Assembly (NCBI RefSeq): GCF_963921235.1
Contig: NC_086110.1
Span: 13,764,001 to 13,828,000, forward strand
Source of the DNA: Mobula hypostoma
Lineage: Eukaryota
Direction: 5' to 3'
DNA length: 64,000 bases
This document shows, in pieces, positions 1 through 12,829 of the stretch. A program made the position numbers and the translations under genes. The notes beneath the pieces are model-generated. The model searched no databases. It saw nothing but the letters and a program-made list of their open reading frames with translations, and was not told where the DNA came from. Every line of letters begins with the position of its first letter. The stretch's first letter is position 1.

Positions 1-689
1 GAGCAGAAGGATCTGGCGGTACATGTCCACAGATCTCTGAAAATTGTCTCACAGCTATAGAGCGTAGTTAAGAAATCTTATGGAGTGTTAGCTTTCATAA
101 GTCGAGGGATAAAGTTTAAGAGTCGCGGGGTAATGATGCAGGCCACGTTTGAGTACTCCATTAGGCCAGTCTTGGAGTACTGTGTCCAATTCTGGTCGCC
201 CTACTGCAGGAAGGATGTTGAAGCATTGGAAAGGGTACAGAGGAGATTTACCAGGATACCGTGTGGTTTATAGAGTATGCATTATGATCAGAGATAAAAG
301 AGCTAGTGCTTTACTCTCCAGATTAAAGAAGGATGAGAGGAGACGTGATGGAGGTATACAAGATATTAAGAGGAATTGATAGAGTGGAAGTCCAGCGCCT
401 CTTCCCCAGGGCACCACTGCTCAATACAAGAGGAAGTGGCTTTAAGATAAGGGGTGGAAAGTTCAAGGGGAATATTAGAGGAAGGTTTTTACTTAGAGAG
501 TTGTTGGTGCGTGGAATGCACTGCCTGAGTCAGTGGTAGAGGCAGATACACTAGTGAAATTTAAGAGACTACTAGACAGGTATATGGAGGAATTTAATGT
601 GGGGGGTTACATGGGAGGCAGGGTTTAAGGGTCGGCACAATTTTGTGGGCCGAAGGGCCTGTACTCTGCTGTACTGTTCTATGTTCTAT
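1..689 (+). mobile_element. CR1-clade LINE 3' fragment
   Basis: C-terminal ORF2 motifs (RPxLEYCVQFWSP, LERVQRRFTR) and a (gttctat)n tail near 676-689. Confidence 0.9.
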
Positions 690-701
690 AATATTTTATT
701 A

Positions 702-764
702 GTTTTCCTCAAGCAACTTCAGATTCATCTGATCCAATGATTTCCAGGAAGATAGCCGACTCTT
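702..764 (-). pseudogene. Possible late coiled-coil exon remnant of the LRRC36-like gene
   Basis: Reads KSRLSSWKSLDQMNLKLLEEN then TAA, against recalled LRRC36 ESLKQKLVRVLEEN. Colinear and abuts a CR1 3' tail. Short match. Confidence 0.25.
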
Positions 765-995
765 CTGCGAAGCATACTACAGAAATTCAAAGTTCAAAGA
801 AAATTTACTTTCAAAGTACGTATATGTCACCGTATAAAACCCTGACATTCATTGACTGGCAGGCATACTCAATAAATCCATGGAATAATAAAATTAACAT
901 GATCAATGAACCACTGCACCAAAGTGGACGTACAACCAGTTTGAAAGTCTACAAACTGAGCAAATGCAAAAGGAAAGACATAATAAGAAGTAAAT

Positions 996-1750
996 TGTCA
1001 TAAGGGGGCGCTGGTAGCGGACCTAATTGCAAGGCACAGACAATGACGTCCTGGGAACCAGACTTGGAGTGTCAAGAAGGCAAGGGAAGTCGGAATGAAA
1101 CGATGCTGGACATGGACACAGACCATGGACGAGACAAGGACACCGGACCTGGGCTAGCACTTGGACTGGGAGCGTAGGACTTGGGCGAGGAACTTGGAAC
1201 AAGGAGCCTGGACTAGGTCTCCGAGCCAGAGACTGGACAGGGACCCAGAACATGGGTCTTGACTCCGGCTCGGAATCAGGATCCAGGCGAGGTCTCGGGA
1301 CGAGGAACAGACGAGACACAAAAATAGTACAGGGAATATGAAACCTTGACATGGACTGGAGGAGGCTCCAGGACGAGGCTTGGACAAGGAGAGGTTCTTG
1401 AGCTTGACGAGAGACTCTAGGACTGGACGAGCAATTCCCAGTCAGGGCGAGGTACTCCAGCACTGGGCTGGGCGTGGAACTCCGGGTTCCGCTGGGCTTG
1501 GCTCTTGACCCTTGGACTGGACGAGGTACGCCTGGCGGGACGTGGCTCCAGGACCCGGCTTGGCTCGGCTCTTGGGTACTTGGCTGGACTCGGCCCTTGG
1601 ATTGGGCTTGGCTAGGCTCTTGGGTACTGGGCTGGGCTCGGCTCTTGGATACTTAGCTGGACTCGGCCCTTGGACAGTGCTTGGCTGGGCTCTTGGGTAC
1701 TTGGACTGGGCTTGGCTGGCTCTTAGGTACTTGACTAGGCTCTCGGGTAC
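996..1750 (-). mobile_element. Truncated LTR of the same family as 25787-28453
   Basis: Starts tgtcataagggggcgctgg, the reverse complement of the LTR end ccagcgccccc(g)ttatgaca, and shares the short internal repeats. Confidence 0.75.
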
Positions 1751-1754
1751 CATC

Positions 1755-4700
1755 GACAGTGGTGCTTGCTTACATCGATTTTCGCATAGCCTTTGACTCC
1801 AATTTACAGAGGTAAAATGATGAAGATCCTGAAAGCTTACCGAGTGCCAGACCATCTACTGAGAGCAATAGAGTCCAGCTATAACAAAACCATGGCGAAA
1901 GTTGTATCACCAGACGGAAAAACAGCAGTGTTTCAGCTCCTAGGTGGTGTGCTGCAAGGAGACAATATGGCACCCTACATCATTATAATCGTCCTTGACT
2001 ACGCTTTACGTCAAGCTACCGAAGATCATGACAAGCTTGGTTTTACCATAAAACCAGGAAGAGCCAAAAGGGTCAGACTAGTTACGCTCACAGGTCTGGA
2101 TTTTGCAGATGACATAGTCCTGCTCTCTGACCGGAAGGATGAAGCACAGCAGCTACTGATAAACGTGGAAATTGAGTGCAATAAAGTTGGAGTTCACCTA
2201 AACGCTAAAAAAGACAGAGTACATGGCGTTCAACTGCGACGAAGATACTGTCAAGACCGTAAAGAATGATACTATTAGGGAAGTCTTTGACGTCAAGTAC
2301 CTCGGGTCAAGAATGAGTCTTAACCACGCAAACTTTAAGTCAGTATTCCCCAAATTCCATCAGAACTTGGGCTTTGCGACGAGAGGGGAGAACGCGTTGG
2401 ACCTTGTTTACGCAAACATTCCCGACGCGTGCCCGGCGGAACCCCGCTCCCACTTCGGTTACTCAGAGCACATCTCTGTGAAGCCAGCCCCAGCATACAT
2501 ACCGCACGTTAGGCGCTCCAGACCAGCCCAGAAGCAGGTGAAAACCTGGCCAGCAGGAGCATTCTCTGCTCTTCAAGACTGCTTTGAGTACACTGACTGG
2601 CACATGTTCAGGGAGGCGGCAACCGATGGCGACTCTACCAGCTTAGAGGAGTACACGGCATCAGTGACTAGCTACATTAGCAATTGCATCGATAACGTCA
2701 CTGTGGCCAAAACCATCACTACACGCGCTATGCAGAAGCCATGGATGACCGCGGAGGTGCGTGTGCTGCTGAGGACACGTGACTCCGCCTTTAGAGCAGG
2801 GGCAAGGCCGCGCTAACAACATTGAGGGCCATACTGGTCCGGGCCATCAGAGAGGCAAAGCGTGCATACTCCTAGCGAATCCACAGCCACTTCCAGGACA
2901 GCAGCGACACGCGGCGCATGTGGAAGGGCATTCAGGACATCACTAACTACAAGACAACACCACCTGCCTGTGCTGGTGATGCCTCCCTCCCAGGTGCGTT
3001 GAACAACTTCTACGCCCGTTTTGAGGCGGAAAATAACGTGGCGGTAAGGAAGACCACCATTCCTCCAATTGACAAGGTGCTGTGTCTTACTGTGGCTGAT
3101 GTGAGGAGAACCCTGTGCAGGGTCAACCCACGGATGGCTGCTGGACCAGACAATATTCCTGGCAGAGTGCTTAGGGGATGCGCAGACCAGCTAGCAGAAT
3201 TCTCTCTGACATCTTCAACTTCTCCCTGAGCAGCGCCGTCGTTCCTCCGTGCTTCAGGGTAGCCACCATCGTCCCCGTGCAGAAGTCATCAGTGTCCTGC
3301 CGCAACGACTACCGTTCCGTTGCACTCACATCCATCATCATGAAGTGTTTCGAGAGGCTCGTCATGAGGCATAGCAAGACCCTGCTGCCCCCCTCACTGG
3401 ACCCCCTGCAGTTCGCGTACCGCCCCAACAGTTCAACAGACGACACCTGACCCTCACCCACCTGGACAAGAAAGACAAGTACGTTCAAATGCTGTTCATA
3501 GACTTCAGTTCAGCATTCAACACAATCATTCCTCAGAAACTGATTGGAAAGCTGAGCCTACTGGGCCTGAATTCTGCTCTCTACAATTGGATCCTAGACT
3601 TCCTGACTGGGAGACTCAGTCAGTCCGGTTTGGAAGCAGCACCTCCGACACCATCACACTGAGCACGGGGGCCTTCCAGGGCTGTGTGCTCAGTCCACTG
3701 CTGTTCACTATGCTGACCCACGACTGTGCTGCAACACACAGCCCGAAACACATCATCAAGTTTGCCGACGATACGACCGTGGTGGGTCTCATCAGAAAGA
3801 ACGATGAGTCAGCATACAGATAGGAGGTGCATCCGCTAACGGACTGGTGCAGAGCCAACAGCCTGTCTCTGGAATATGAAAAAAAAACAAATGAGATGGT
3901 TGTTGACTTAAGGAGGACACGAAGCGACCACTCTCCGCTGAACATCGGCGACTCCTCCATGGAGATTGTTAAGAGCGTCAAAGTTCTTGGTGTTCATGTG
4001 GCAGAGAATCTCACTTGGTCCCTCAATACGAGCTCCATAGCAAAGAAAGCCCAGCAGCGTTTCCGCTTTCTGTGTAGGTTGAGAAAAGACCATCTCCCAC
4101 CCCCCATCCTCACTACATTCTACAGAGGTTGTATTGAGAGCATCCTGAGCAGCTGCATCACTGCCTGGTTCGGAAATTGCACCATCTCGGATCGCAAGAC
4201 CCTGCAGCGGATAGTGAGGTCAGCTGAGAAGATCATCGGAGTCTCTTCTCACGCCATTACAGATATTTACACCGCACGCTGCATCTGTAAAACAAACAGT
4301 ATTATGAAGGACCCCACGCACCCCTCATACAAACTCTTCTCCCTCCTGCCACCTGGCAAAAGGCACTGAAGCATTCGGGGTCTCACAACAAGACTACGTA
4401 ACAGTTTCTAAACCCCAAGTCATCAGACTCCTCAATACCCAGAGCCTGGACTGACACCAACCTACTGCCTTCTACTTGTTTATTATTTATTGTAATGCCT
4501 GCACTGTTTTGTGCACTTTATGCAGTCCTGCGTAGGTCTGTAGTCTAGTGTAGTATTTGTGTTTTTTTTTTACGTAGCTCAGTGTAGTTTTTGTATCGTT
4601 TTATGTAGCACCATGGTCCTTAAAAACGTTGTCTCGTTTTTACTGTGCACTGTACCAGCAGGTGTGGTCAAAATAACAATAAAAAGTGACTTGACTTGAC

Positions 4701-5260
4701 TTGACTTGACTTAAGTTCGGAGAAGAACATAAAGATATGTAAGGCGCTGACGTGGAGGGCTACGAACGACATTAAGGAAATCTGGGAGTCGAACCAGAGC
4801 AGAGGGCTTACAAAGAGGATCTTAATCGCAGACATAAAGTTCATTCTCATGTACGGATGCGACACGTGGACACTCACCAAGACTATGCGAAAGTCTCCAG
4901 TTGGTTGATCTACCTGAATGCTCCGGAGTTGGCAACAGCATATGTCGAACATCGAGCTCTATGACGACCTACCGATGCTCACCACTAAAGTCGAGGCGGG
5001 AAGACTGGAACTAGCGGGGCACTGTCTTTGCCCCCTTGATCTATCTGCCAGCCTAGTCATCATATGGGAGCACACGCATTGCGTGGATTAACCCTGGGTG
5101 CTCTCCCAAGACTATGGCCAACACGCTGCCAGAAGACAGCGGCGCGGCTAATGTAGGTGAACTGAGCACACCGATGAGGGAAAGGGAGAAGTGGAGAGTC
5201 TGTCATCGTGACCGATGCCGGCCCCTTAGGCCTGCGTCGACGTGGTGGCAGTAGTAGTAC
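1755..5260 (+). mobile_element. RTE-clade LINE (RT region to 3' end), split by a nested Rex1/Babar element
   Basis: GVLQGD..APY, LDFADDIVLLS, KYLGSRM at 1755-2322. Resumes at 4713 (SSEKNIKI..ALTW) and ends in a gtagtagta tail. Confidence 0.85.
2323..4712 (+). mobile_element. Rex1/Babar-like non-LTR retrotransposon, 5'-truncated and degenerate
   Basis: RT motifs QGCVLSPLLF and IIKFADDTTVVGLI, C-terminal KKAQQR..FL..LRK, and a (gactt)n tail at 4687-4712. Confidence 0.88.
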
Positions 5261-6129
5261 GGTGGAGATACGTGCAGTGGAAGAGAGCCTGTTGAACAAA
5301 TGAGAATCAGTGGATACAATGGTTTTGCACTCCCGAAATGCTGTTTTTATAGATGTTGCATAAGAGTTTATGAGCGGGAATAAAGCAGTGGGAATGAGGA
5401 TAACGTACAGACATGCTTACAGAAAGAAAAAAAAGGAACAAACACATCTTTTTCTTCGTGATTGTAAGAGATCTGTGGAGTTTTGCAGAGATTACAGATG
5501 GTGTCCCATTTTTTCACAGCGTATGTTGCTGATATGGAGGAGGGAATTAAATGTAACATTTCCAAATTTGTGTTGTACACATAGTTGAGGGGTGAGGTCA
5601 GGGCAGTTCGTGAATTGTCATGAGGATGAAAAGAGGCTCCAATGACATTTTGACAATATGGATGTGTATGGCAACTATTAACAGGTTATCCAATTTGTTT
5701 CTAAAAGCAATGATAGATTCTGAATGATAATAGATTAAGAAAGGGGCAGGTGCATTGAGACCAATTTGACCTTTTACACTGTTTACTAAAAAGTTTCAAA
5801 TACAACAAGCATTTAGGAAGGCAAGTTATTCAATATGTTTCAATACGTACGTATAATGTCACAGAAAAGTATACAATATACATCCTGAAATTCCTTTTCT
5901 TCGCAAACATCCACGAAAACAGAGCAGTGCCCCAAAGAATGAATGACAGTTAAATGTTAGAACCACAAACCCTCCTGCAACTCCCGCCTGCCACACACGA
6001 ACAGCAGCAAGATAATACCACCTCTCCACCCTAAACAGCAAAAAGCATCGGCGCCCCACATCAAGCACCCAAGCATACAGAAAATCATCAATAAAGACAC
6101 AAAAGCAAAGACAAATACTACTCCTTTAT

Positions 6130-6257
6130 NNNNNNNNNNNNNNNNNNNNNNNNNNNNNNNNNNNNNNNNNNNNNNNNNNNNNNNNNNNNNNNNNNNNNNN
6201 NNNNNNNNNNNNNNNNNNNNNNNNNNNNNNNNNNNNNNNNNNNNNNNNNNNNNNNNN
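6130..6257. other. Assembly gap (128 N)
   Basis: Run of N in the sequence. Confidence 1.
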
Positions 6258-7132
6258 AACTTAATGTAATTCAGGTTTCCAGGACAAATAAATAGCTTCT
6301 GCAAAAATAAAGATTTGAAGTTTGGAAATAGTGATTTACAAACTAAATACAACTATAGCCTTGTTAAAATAAGTTGAATAATATTGATTGTTAAACATAA
6401 AGTAATCACAAACGTTGATGCAATATTCATATAAGTTATTCTTAGCTGATAAACCAAGCACATTTTATTGTATTTAACATACCGTAAAACAAAACAGATT
6501 ATGTAATCATCTGTATAATAAAGAAGGTTCTTTTATTCATATACCTTTCATCAATGTCATTCTGATACAGAATTTAGTAAAAACAAATGTTCTGTGAACG
6601 AGACTGTTCACAATTACATGGAAGCGTTTCTGTTGATGTGTTGTTGTAATTTTACCTATTTGTAATTTCACCAAAATTACAATCCGGGGCTCTGCAAAAA
6701 TCTGTGGAGAACATGGTCGTAGTCTGATATTGAGTTAGGCACAACTTTGTGGACCTAAGGGCTTATACTGTGCTGTAGGTTTTCAATGATTCTATGTTTA
6801 TTCACAGATAAATATTCATGCAATACCACAGTAAGCAATAGCACATTAGTATCCAAAAATGTTAGTTCCAGAAGGTGGCATTGAAAAGAGTAATAGTTTG
6901 TAAAATGTTGATTTTGAAGCAATATCAACGCTGTTGTGTAACAAGGACTTTTTACAAGGATATTATACCGCACCAGTAACCACAACACAGACCAAAAGCC
7001 AAATGCAAACCCAAAACATGTTATGCAATCGTTTCTATTTTGTGAAATATCGTAATATAGCACAATTTAATTTCACCAGCATGACAATCTAAATAAATCA
7101 TCATTAAGATCATTTGTATACATTGCACTTAC

Positions 7133-7251
7133 ATTGCAAGGATGTGCACAGAACTTGAAATATTTAATATTGAAACACTTGATATTTCATTTGTTCTGGT
7201 TACGAAAGAAACGAGTGAACCTTCTTTCATCCACCTCTCAGGCGATGCAAT
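7133..7251 (-). pseudogene. Possible internal exon of the LRRC36-like gene
   Basis: ctaac branch-like motif, acceptor tttttgtgaactag and donor aat|gtaagt. Reads IASPERWMKEGSLVSFV, similar to recalled human LRRC36 SPEKMTREGYQVSF, and is in colinear order. Confidence 0.35.
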
Positions 7252-7684
7252 CTAGTTCACAAAAAGTTAGAAAACAATTATCCTATTATTATTTATGTGT
7301 CTGTTTCCAAACAGTAAAACTCCAGTTTAAATCATCAATATATAGAGGGTATACTAATGGTCCCAAAATGAATCCTCTTGGACATCACCAACACCATTGT
7401 AAAAGTACCCTTCATCATATTTCGACATCTCTATTATAACTCATACTATGAAGATAATGTGATTAGGAATGTTAACTTAAATCTTTAGTTATATGCCACT
7501 ATGTTTTGTGACTAGACAGATTCATAAATTAAATGTATATATTACACAATGCATAATGATCGAAACACATTCCATTCCATTCCCTGAGTGCGCACTGGCA
7601 CTATTTAAACCAAAGGGAACATCATCAACACTTAATCTTTTCCAGTAGACAGTCAACATAAAAGCTTGAACAACACTACCGACA

Positions 7685-7870
7685 CAAAAACAGAAAATAG
7701 TGAAAATATTCAGCGGGTCAGGCACTGCCCGTAAAGAGAATAAATGGATTAGTTTCAGAACAATCATAATGTTTATGAAAATATAGATCTACCTGAGCAT
7801 TAACTCTGTTTCTCTGCCGTAGATACTGCCTGACCCCTGCTATATACTTCCACCAATTTACTGATTTGTT
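7685..7870. repeat. Short degenerate palindromic element built from a Penelope-type tail sequence
   Basis: Left arm tcagcgggtcaggcactgcccgtaaagag; right arm ctctgccgtagatactgcctgacccctgct. A similar structure lies at about 60450-60620. Confidence 0.5.
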
Positions 7871-8529
7871 TTACAGTGCTTCAACCCCAAAAGATTAAAT
7901 ATTAGCTTTCTTTGTCACATGTTCTTTGAAATTAGTAAAATGTGTCATTTGAGTCAAATCAATTCAGCGAACGTTCTGGTGGCTGCAGACTACAAGTGTC
8001 AGCATCCTTCCAGCCCCAACATAGCATGGCCACAATTTACTGCCCCTCACCATACATCTGACAGGAATATGGACAGAAACCGTATCACCCAAAGGACACC
8101 GACACATTCTCAGGGAGAACGTGGTAGGAATCGAATCTGATTCGCAATTACTGATGCTGTCAAACCAGCTAAAATATTACATTTTCGATCCCAACATCTG
8201 TATTTTTATGCTTTTCTAAAATACTTCAGGCGCTGGAAGCCTAAAGCGAAGAATTGTGGAAGCACACAACAGGTTGGTAAACTGAACGGAAGTGTTAGTG
8301 ATTCAGGTTGATGATCCTGACGGCCCCGTTTAATGATTCCACCGACACTGGGTCTAATTTCAATTGCCATTTCTAGCTTATTCTCAGTGCTATCATTACA
8401 GTTTTGTTTTTAACTCCAGAGGCAACAGCTTCAAGTTCCCCCGTATACACATTACCGAGGATTTCATTTGGTCTGCACATTCCGGCTCTGCTGTTAAAAA
8501 GAAGCACAACAGTACCTCTTTCACCTCAG

Positions 8530-8930
8530 ACGGTTGAAAACTTTGGCTGAGTCCCCAAATCTTAAGGACTTTCTACAGGGGAACAATTGAAAGCATCCTG
8601 GGTGGCTGCACCACTGCACAACACGGGAGCTGTACTTCCCTCAATCGCAGGGCTCTGCAAAGAGTGGTACAAACAGTCCAACGCATCTGTGGCTGTGACC
8701 TTCCCAGTCTTCAGGACATTTTTCGCGTAAAGGGCCCGAAGTATCATTGGGAACCCACGTCATCCCAATCACAAGCTGTTCTAGCTGCTACCCTCCGGGA
8801 AGCAGTACCACAACATTAAAACCAATACCAACAGGCTCTGGGACAGCTACTTCCACTAGGCTACCAGACCGATTAATTCACGCTATGTTAGCTGTTCTAT
8901 TGGACATCTTACTGTACTGTATGTACTGAA
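8530..8930 (+). mobile_element. Rex1/Babar-like 3' fragment
   Basis: Degenerate TFYRGTIESILxGC and CYPPGSST(T) region homologous to 4110-4420. Confidence 0.7.
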
Positions 8931-10939
8931 GGCACGGCGAAGTTAAGATGGCGCTAAACGTCGAGACCTTTGCTTGCATCTTCTGAAACTGCTCCATTTC
9001 TATCTTTGATACCTCTTTTTTCTTCACCACCCCCCCCCCCACCCCTTTTCTGAGTGTGCGGGTTTTTTTCAAGAACCAGATATGGAGTTACATTCTAACT
9101 TTGGTTCTTTCCGGAAATGGAACCCGTTCTCTGTGCCTCAAGACAGGCCGCTTTTTGATATCTCAAGGACGTTGCCTGGAAAACGAGCGTTCCTTCAGGG
9201 TTCCAGGATTTTGAGGGTCTGGGGATGTGATGATTCTAGGCCGGCGCCCGTGACTAAAGCATCACGGGAGAATACGGAACGTCGGAAACAGCGGTTAGCT
9301 GTCGGGGGTTGTGTGCCCGTAGAGTTGCGCCTTTTTTGTGCTGACTCTCCTGGAGCAGAGCTCGGAAAGAGCGACGCGAAGGACTCTTAACATCATAAAT
9401 CAGCCAGTTGTTTTTAATGTCTCCCCTCTCGCTGTGAAACGTGACTACTCTTTTTTCCCTTATTGGGAGGAGAGAGAGAGACAGCCTGTGGTATGTCGAA
9501 TTATCGGGTGAACGAGTAGTTTTGCGGTACTGCGAATCTGTATTATTATTAATGCTTTGCTGTACACTTGAGTGCTTGGTGGAGGGTGCTCACGATTTTT
9601 AATGGTTGGAGTTCAGGGAGGGTCATTGGTTTTCTGCTGCTTGTGTGTAGGAGGATGAGTTGTGGGGGCTTCCGGGTTCTAACGTTTTAACTGTCATTCA
9701 TCCTTCGCGGCACTCCTCAGTTCTCCTCGATGTCTGCAGAGAAAACAAAATTTCAGGATGTATATTATGGCCTTCTCTTGTGCCAAGATGAGTTCAATCT
9801 CAAGGTAGTAGACTAACATGTAATATTCGGTCTGCCTAGTCTGCAACATGATTGTATAAACATTGATTTCTCCTTGCAGTAAAAATAAAACCTCCCTCTC
9901 ACCTCTCCTCTGCTTCTATTCCCCACTCTGTCCTTTTACCTCTTCTCACCCGCCTATCACTCACCCTCCGCCCAACAGCCCGATTCACCTGCTCCCATTC
10001 CTCCTATGGGTCACTCTCCTCTCCTATTATATTCCATTTTATCCAGCCCTTTACCTTTCTGAAGCATTTAGTTTCTCCTAACACTTTGTGTTAGCCTTTT
10101 TCTCTTCCCGCACCTTCTTATTGTGGCGTCTACCCCTTCCTTTATAGTCCTGAAGAAGGGTTTCATCAGGAAACATCCACTGTTGATTCATTCCCACATT
10201 TGCTACCAGATTTGCTGAGTTCGCTCAGCATTTTCTGAGTGCAACTCGAGAGACTGCTGTGCATGAAAGTCGCAGGAGATCAGCAGTTTCTTAGCTACTC
10301 AAGCCAGCCATCTGGCATTAACAATCACTCCATGGTCAAAGTCAATGAAACCTCTTGACCATCTCTTCTACGCTTTCATTCACTGAGTTGCTACCATGAT
10401 TGGCTAATTAGGTATTTACATTAATGAGCAGATGTATCAGTGTACCTAAGAAATTGGTCACTAAGTGTATGACCTGCATTTGAGCTGCTGTTGTAAATTT
10501 TTTCATTGTACTTGTACTTCACAGTATCTGTGTATGTGAAAGTAAACTTGATGTCTACATTAATTGCTACATTTTTTTTAAAAATTGTTGCATTCAGAAA
10601 TTACACTGTATTATAAATTTCCTGGTCAGCGAGGCAACCAGGGACCGTAGGAAATTGAACCACGCAGTTTCAACAGAATGTGGGACCAGAAAGAATTGAA
10701 CAGAAACACAGGAACTTGACACTCAACAGCAAAGGGAACCCAGGAAAATTTTCCCGGTGAGGCAGACGTCAAATCATCAGGACTTTTCACAAGTCAGATT
10801 ATTGGAGTTTTAATGTAATTAAACTCAGATCAGCTGGTTACACACCAATCAATGCAACCTCAGTTTTAGGCAGTAATAAGTGAAGAAAATGGACAATGTG
10901 TTACAAGTTCAAATGTTTTATTAGACAACTTGATGTTAC

Positions 10940-11131
10940 CAGTTTCATCAAATTTGGTAACAGGCGTTTTACATACTGCCTATAATTCTCCTCAATCCTG
11001 GTAATTGGATTTAGTCGTGAATCTAGCTCAGTTAAATTGATCAAATGGTGCAAGCTAGAGATTTCTTTCAAAGATGGCACATTGTAAAAGTACAAGCATA
11101 ATTTTTCCAGTGATTGCAAATACTCCAAACT
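10940..11131 (-). pseudogene. LRRC36: LRRC36/CEP72-family leucine-rich-repeat exon (exon 3 equivalent), probably pseudogenic
   Basis: Acceptor ttttctccttgtgtag and donor ctg|gtaaca; 64 codons, SLEYLQSLEKLCLYFYNVPSLKEISSLHHLINLTELDSRLNPITRIEENYRQYVKRLLPNLMKL. Aligns without gaps to recalled human LRRC36/CEP72 (GIQYL..LYYNNIPSL..ELDLRLNP..DYR). The LRR consensus Asn is Tyr and DLRLNP is DSRLNP. LRRC36 versus CEP72 assignment needs BLAST. Confidence 0.8.
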
Positions 11132-11419
11132 CTACACAAGGAGAAAATACAAACAGTCATTCATGGAACAACTGAAACTTTTGAATGTAATATTAAATTG
11201 TCATATTTCTCACCAAGAATAATGTCAACATTTTAGAATCAACTATAACAAATTCTGAAACAAATCTATCCACGTGAATAGACTGAAGCAGGAGATTAAA
11301 ACGGTTTTTAATTGTAAGAACTGTTACAACAAGGTCAGATCAAGAAACCAAAAGGTACACAACAGTTGGCTATGAAGCCCACAAACGTAATCAACTTAAT
11401 CAACTTTGCTCTCTCTCAG

Positions 11420-12170
11420 GGTTTTGAGCACAGGTGAATATTTCTGATATGTTCCTTGAAGGTGGAATCATGGCGCACAGTTTCCTGAAAATGGAAACTC
11501 ATGTGGCTAAGGTAGTCAAGAAAGCTTTCGGTATGCTGGTCTTAATAAATCAGAGCATTGTCTACGGGAGTTGGGATGTAATGCTGAAATTGTGCAACGC
11601 ATTGGTAAGGCCACAATTGGAGTATTGTGTACAGTTCTGGTCACCGAATTATAGCAAAGATGTCAACAAAATTGAGAGAGTACAGATAAGGTTTATAAGA
11701 TTTACTAGAATGTTACCTGGGTTTCATCTCCTAAGTTACAGAGAAAGGTTGGACAAGTTGGGTCTTTATTCTTTGTAGCGTAGAAGGTTCACGGGGGTCT
11801 TGACAGAGGTACTTAAAATTATGAGGGGGATAGATAGAGTTGACGTGGATAGGTTTTTTCCTTTGAGAGTAGGGGAGATTCAAACAATAGGACATGAGTT
11901 GAGAGTTAAAGGGCAAAAGTTTAGGGTAACATGACGGGGAACTTCTTTACTCAGAGAGTGGCAGCTGTGTGGAACGAGCTTCCAGCAGAAGGGCTTCAGG
12001 CAGGTTCTATGTTGTCATTAAAAGTTAAATTGGATAGCTATATGGACAGGAAAGGAACGGAGGGTTATGGGCTGAGCGCAGTTCGGTGGGATGGGGTGAG
12101 AGTAAGCGTTCGGCACGGACTAGAAGGGCCGAGATGGCCTGTTTCCGTGCTGTAATTGTTATATGGTTCT
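11420..12170 (+). mobile_element. CR1 LINE 3' fragment in the LRRC36-like intron 2
   Basis: RPQLEYCVQFWSPNYSKD and NFFTQRV motifs; tail gtaattgttatatggttctat. Confidence 0.9.
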
Positions 12171-12605
12171 ATCGCAAAAATTTCAAAATACTCTGAGGAG
12201 TCATAGAGGGAATTAAAATAACTCAAAAAGGTTCAAATTATGCAAGAAAATGAAATAAAACAGCAGAGATGCTACAAATTATTTTACGGTTTTTAAGTGA
12301 ACGCAGCAAGGTCCTCTTAAAGCAGTTCGTTGCCATTAAAATCAGTAGGCTCACTGATCATGATTTATTCCTGGTATCTACCTGATCATTGCATCTGCCA
12401 ATGTCAGCTTGGCAAAATCCTGGGGAAAAAGGTGAATTCAGTAACTTTCATAAGAAAGGCACATACACTGAGAAATAGTAAATCAGAATGAAGATTAATA
12501 TCGTCGGCATTTGCTGTGAAATTAATTAACTTAGGAGAAGCAGTATGAAGCAACACCAGACAAATATACAAAAAAAATCAATTCGGGTACATATATACAC
12601 TGTAC

Positions 12606-12615
12606 GTGTGTGTCT

Positions 12616-12665
<50 letters not shown>

Positions 12666-12680
12666 GTGTGTGTATGTGTG
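12606..12680. repeat. (TG)n microsatellite
   Basis: Direct inspection. Confidence 0.95.
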
Positions 12681-12829
12681 TATATTGACTAAATTATAAA
12701 AGTTCAAAAACAGAAATAATAAAAACTGAGAGGCTTCCCTTCAAACACAAATAGAAAAATATAGAACACAACAAAACATATCAATAGATACCAATAAAGA
12801 TTTATTATCTCTAAAGATTGACAACAATA

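Noticed and set aside
4687-4712. Short tandem repeats (gactt)n, and the 36-bp and 75-bp duplications, as CRISPR-like arrays
   Set aside because: There are no unique spacers; these are LINE tails and two-copy tandem duplications in eukaryotic DNA.
5957-6352. 131-aa ORF spanning the gap
   Set aside because: Artefact of translating Ns; the flanks are unrelated retroelement fragments.
8200-8490. Strong acceptor (tgtgcttctttttaacag) as another LRRC36-like exon
   Set aside because: All frames close within about 40 codons, and no recognisable similarity or clear donor was found.
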